From the NCBI GenBank assembly GCA_963847445.1, contig CAWJZV010000008.1, positions 1 to 64,000 of the forward strand: a stretch of 64,000 nucleotides of DNA, written 5' to 3'. Each line of letters starts with the position of its first letter. The stretch's first letter is position 1. The position numbers were made by a program, and so were the translations under genes. This DNA comes from an uncultured delta proteobacterium. Its GTDB lineage: Bacteria; Desulfobacterota; Binatia; UBA9968. Positions 63,782 to 64,000 of this stretch are shown piece after piece. The notes under the pieces are model-generated. The model was given only the letters and a program-made list of their open reading frames with translations. It searched no databases and was not told the origin of the DNA.

Positions 63782-64000
63782 ATGGATAAAAAAGAAATTC
63801 TCGACAAGCAGAAAAAATATTTATTCTCCTGCGTCGCGACTTACTACGACGAGCCCTTGGTCATCGACCACGCCAAGGATCACTCTGTGTTCGATGCCGA
63901 CGGCAAGGAGTATCTCGATTTCTTCGGCGGCATCCTCACGGTCAGTGTCGGCCATTGCAACGAAAAGGTGACCCAGGCGATCGACGCGCAGACTCACAAG
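63782..64000 (+). CDS. Class III aminotransferase, 5' part only
   Basis: Manual translation: MDKKEILDKQKKYLF...DADGKEYLDFFGGILTVSVGHCN; not in the ORF track. Confidence 0.85.
   Translation, partial: MDKKEILDKQKKYLFSCVATYYDEPLVIDHAKDHSVFDADGKEYLDFFGGILTVSVGHCNEKVTQAIDAQTHK

Noticed and set aside
1-64000. CRISPR arrays, tRNA/rRNA genes, IS elements, prophage
   Set aside because: No regularly spaced repeats, RNA gene signatures, transposases, integrases or phage genes were seen.

Overview
High-GC bacterial chromosomal region of about 60 genes. No rRNA, tRNA, CRISPR array or transposase was found. The content (many stand-alone NMT1/SsuA-type binding proteins, amidohydrolases, D-aminoacylases, ThDP enzymes, an LLM oxidoreductase) suggests a Candidatus Binatia-like organism; this is inference. 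About 15 otherwise well-conserved genes, including polA, carry 1-bp frameshifts, most likely long-read indel errors. Housekeeping genes are rpoZ, polA, deaD, aat and a 1-Cys peroxiredoxin. Main points of interest: (1) a small sigma54-preceded gene with a classical C2H2 zinc-finger motif; (2) a PolX-PHP lacking all three polymerase aspartates, translationally coupled to an uncharacterised protein; (3) an operon of STAND-type cyclase, MBL-REC fusion and Cache histidine kinase, ending in a truncated second cyclase start; (4) two tandem E1 alpha/beta pairs with no E2/E3, one of them atypical; (5) a stand-alone adenylation-PCP didomain downstream of three glycosyltransferases; (6) a DUF808 / SdpA-like / HTTM operon; (7) an actinobacterial-style PolA with Tyr at the E. 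coli F762 position; (8) duplication and deletion scars. All family calls come from motif recognition, not database searches.
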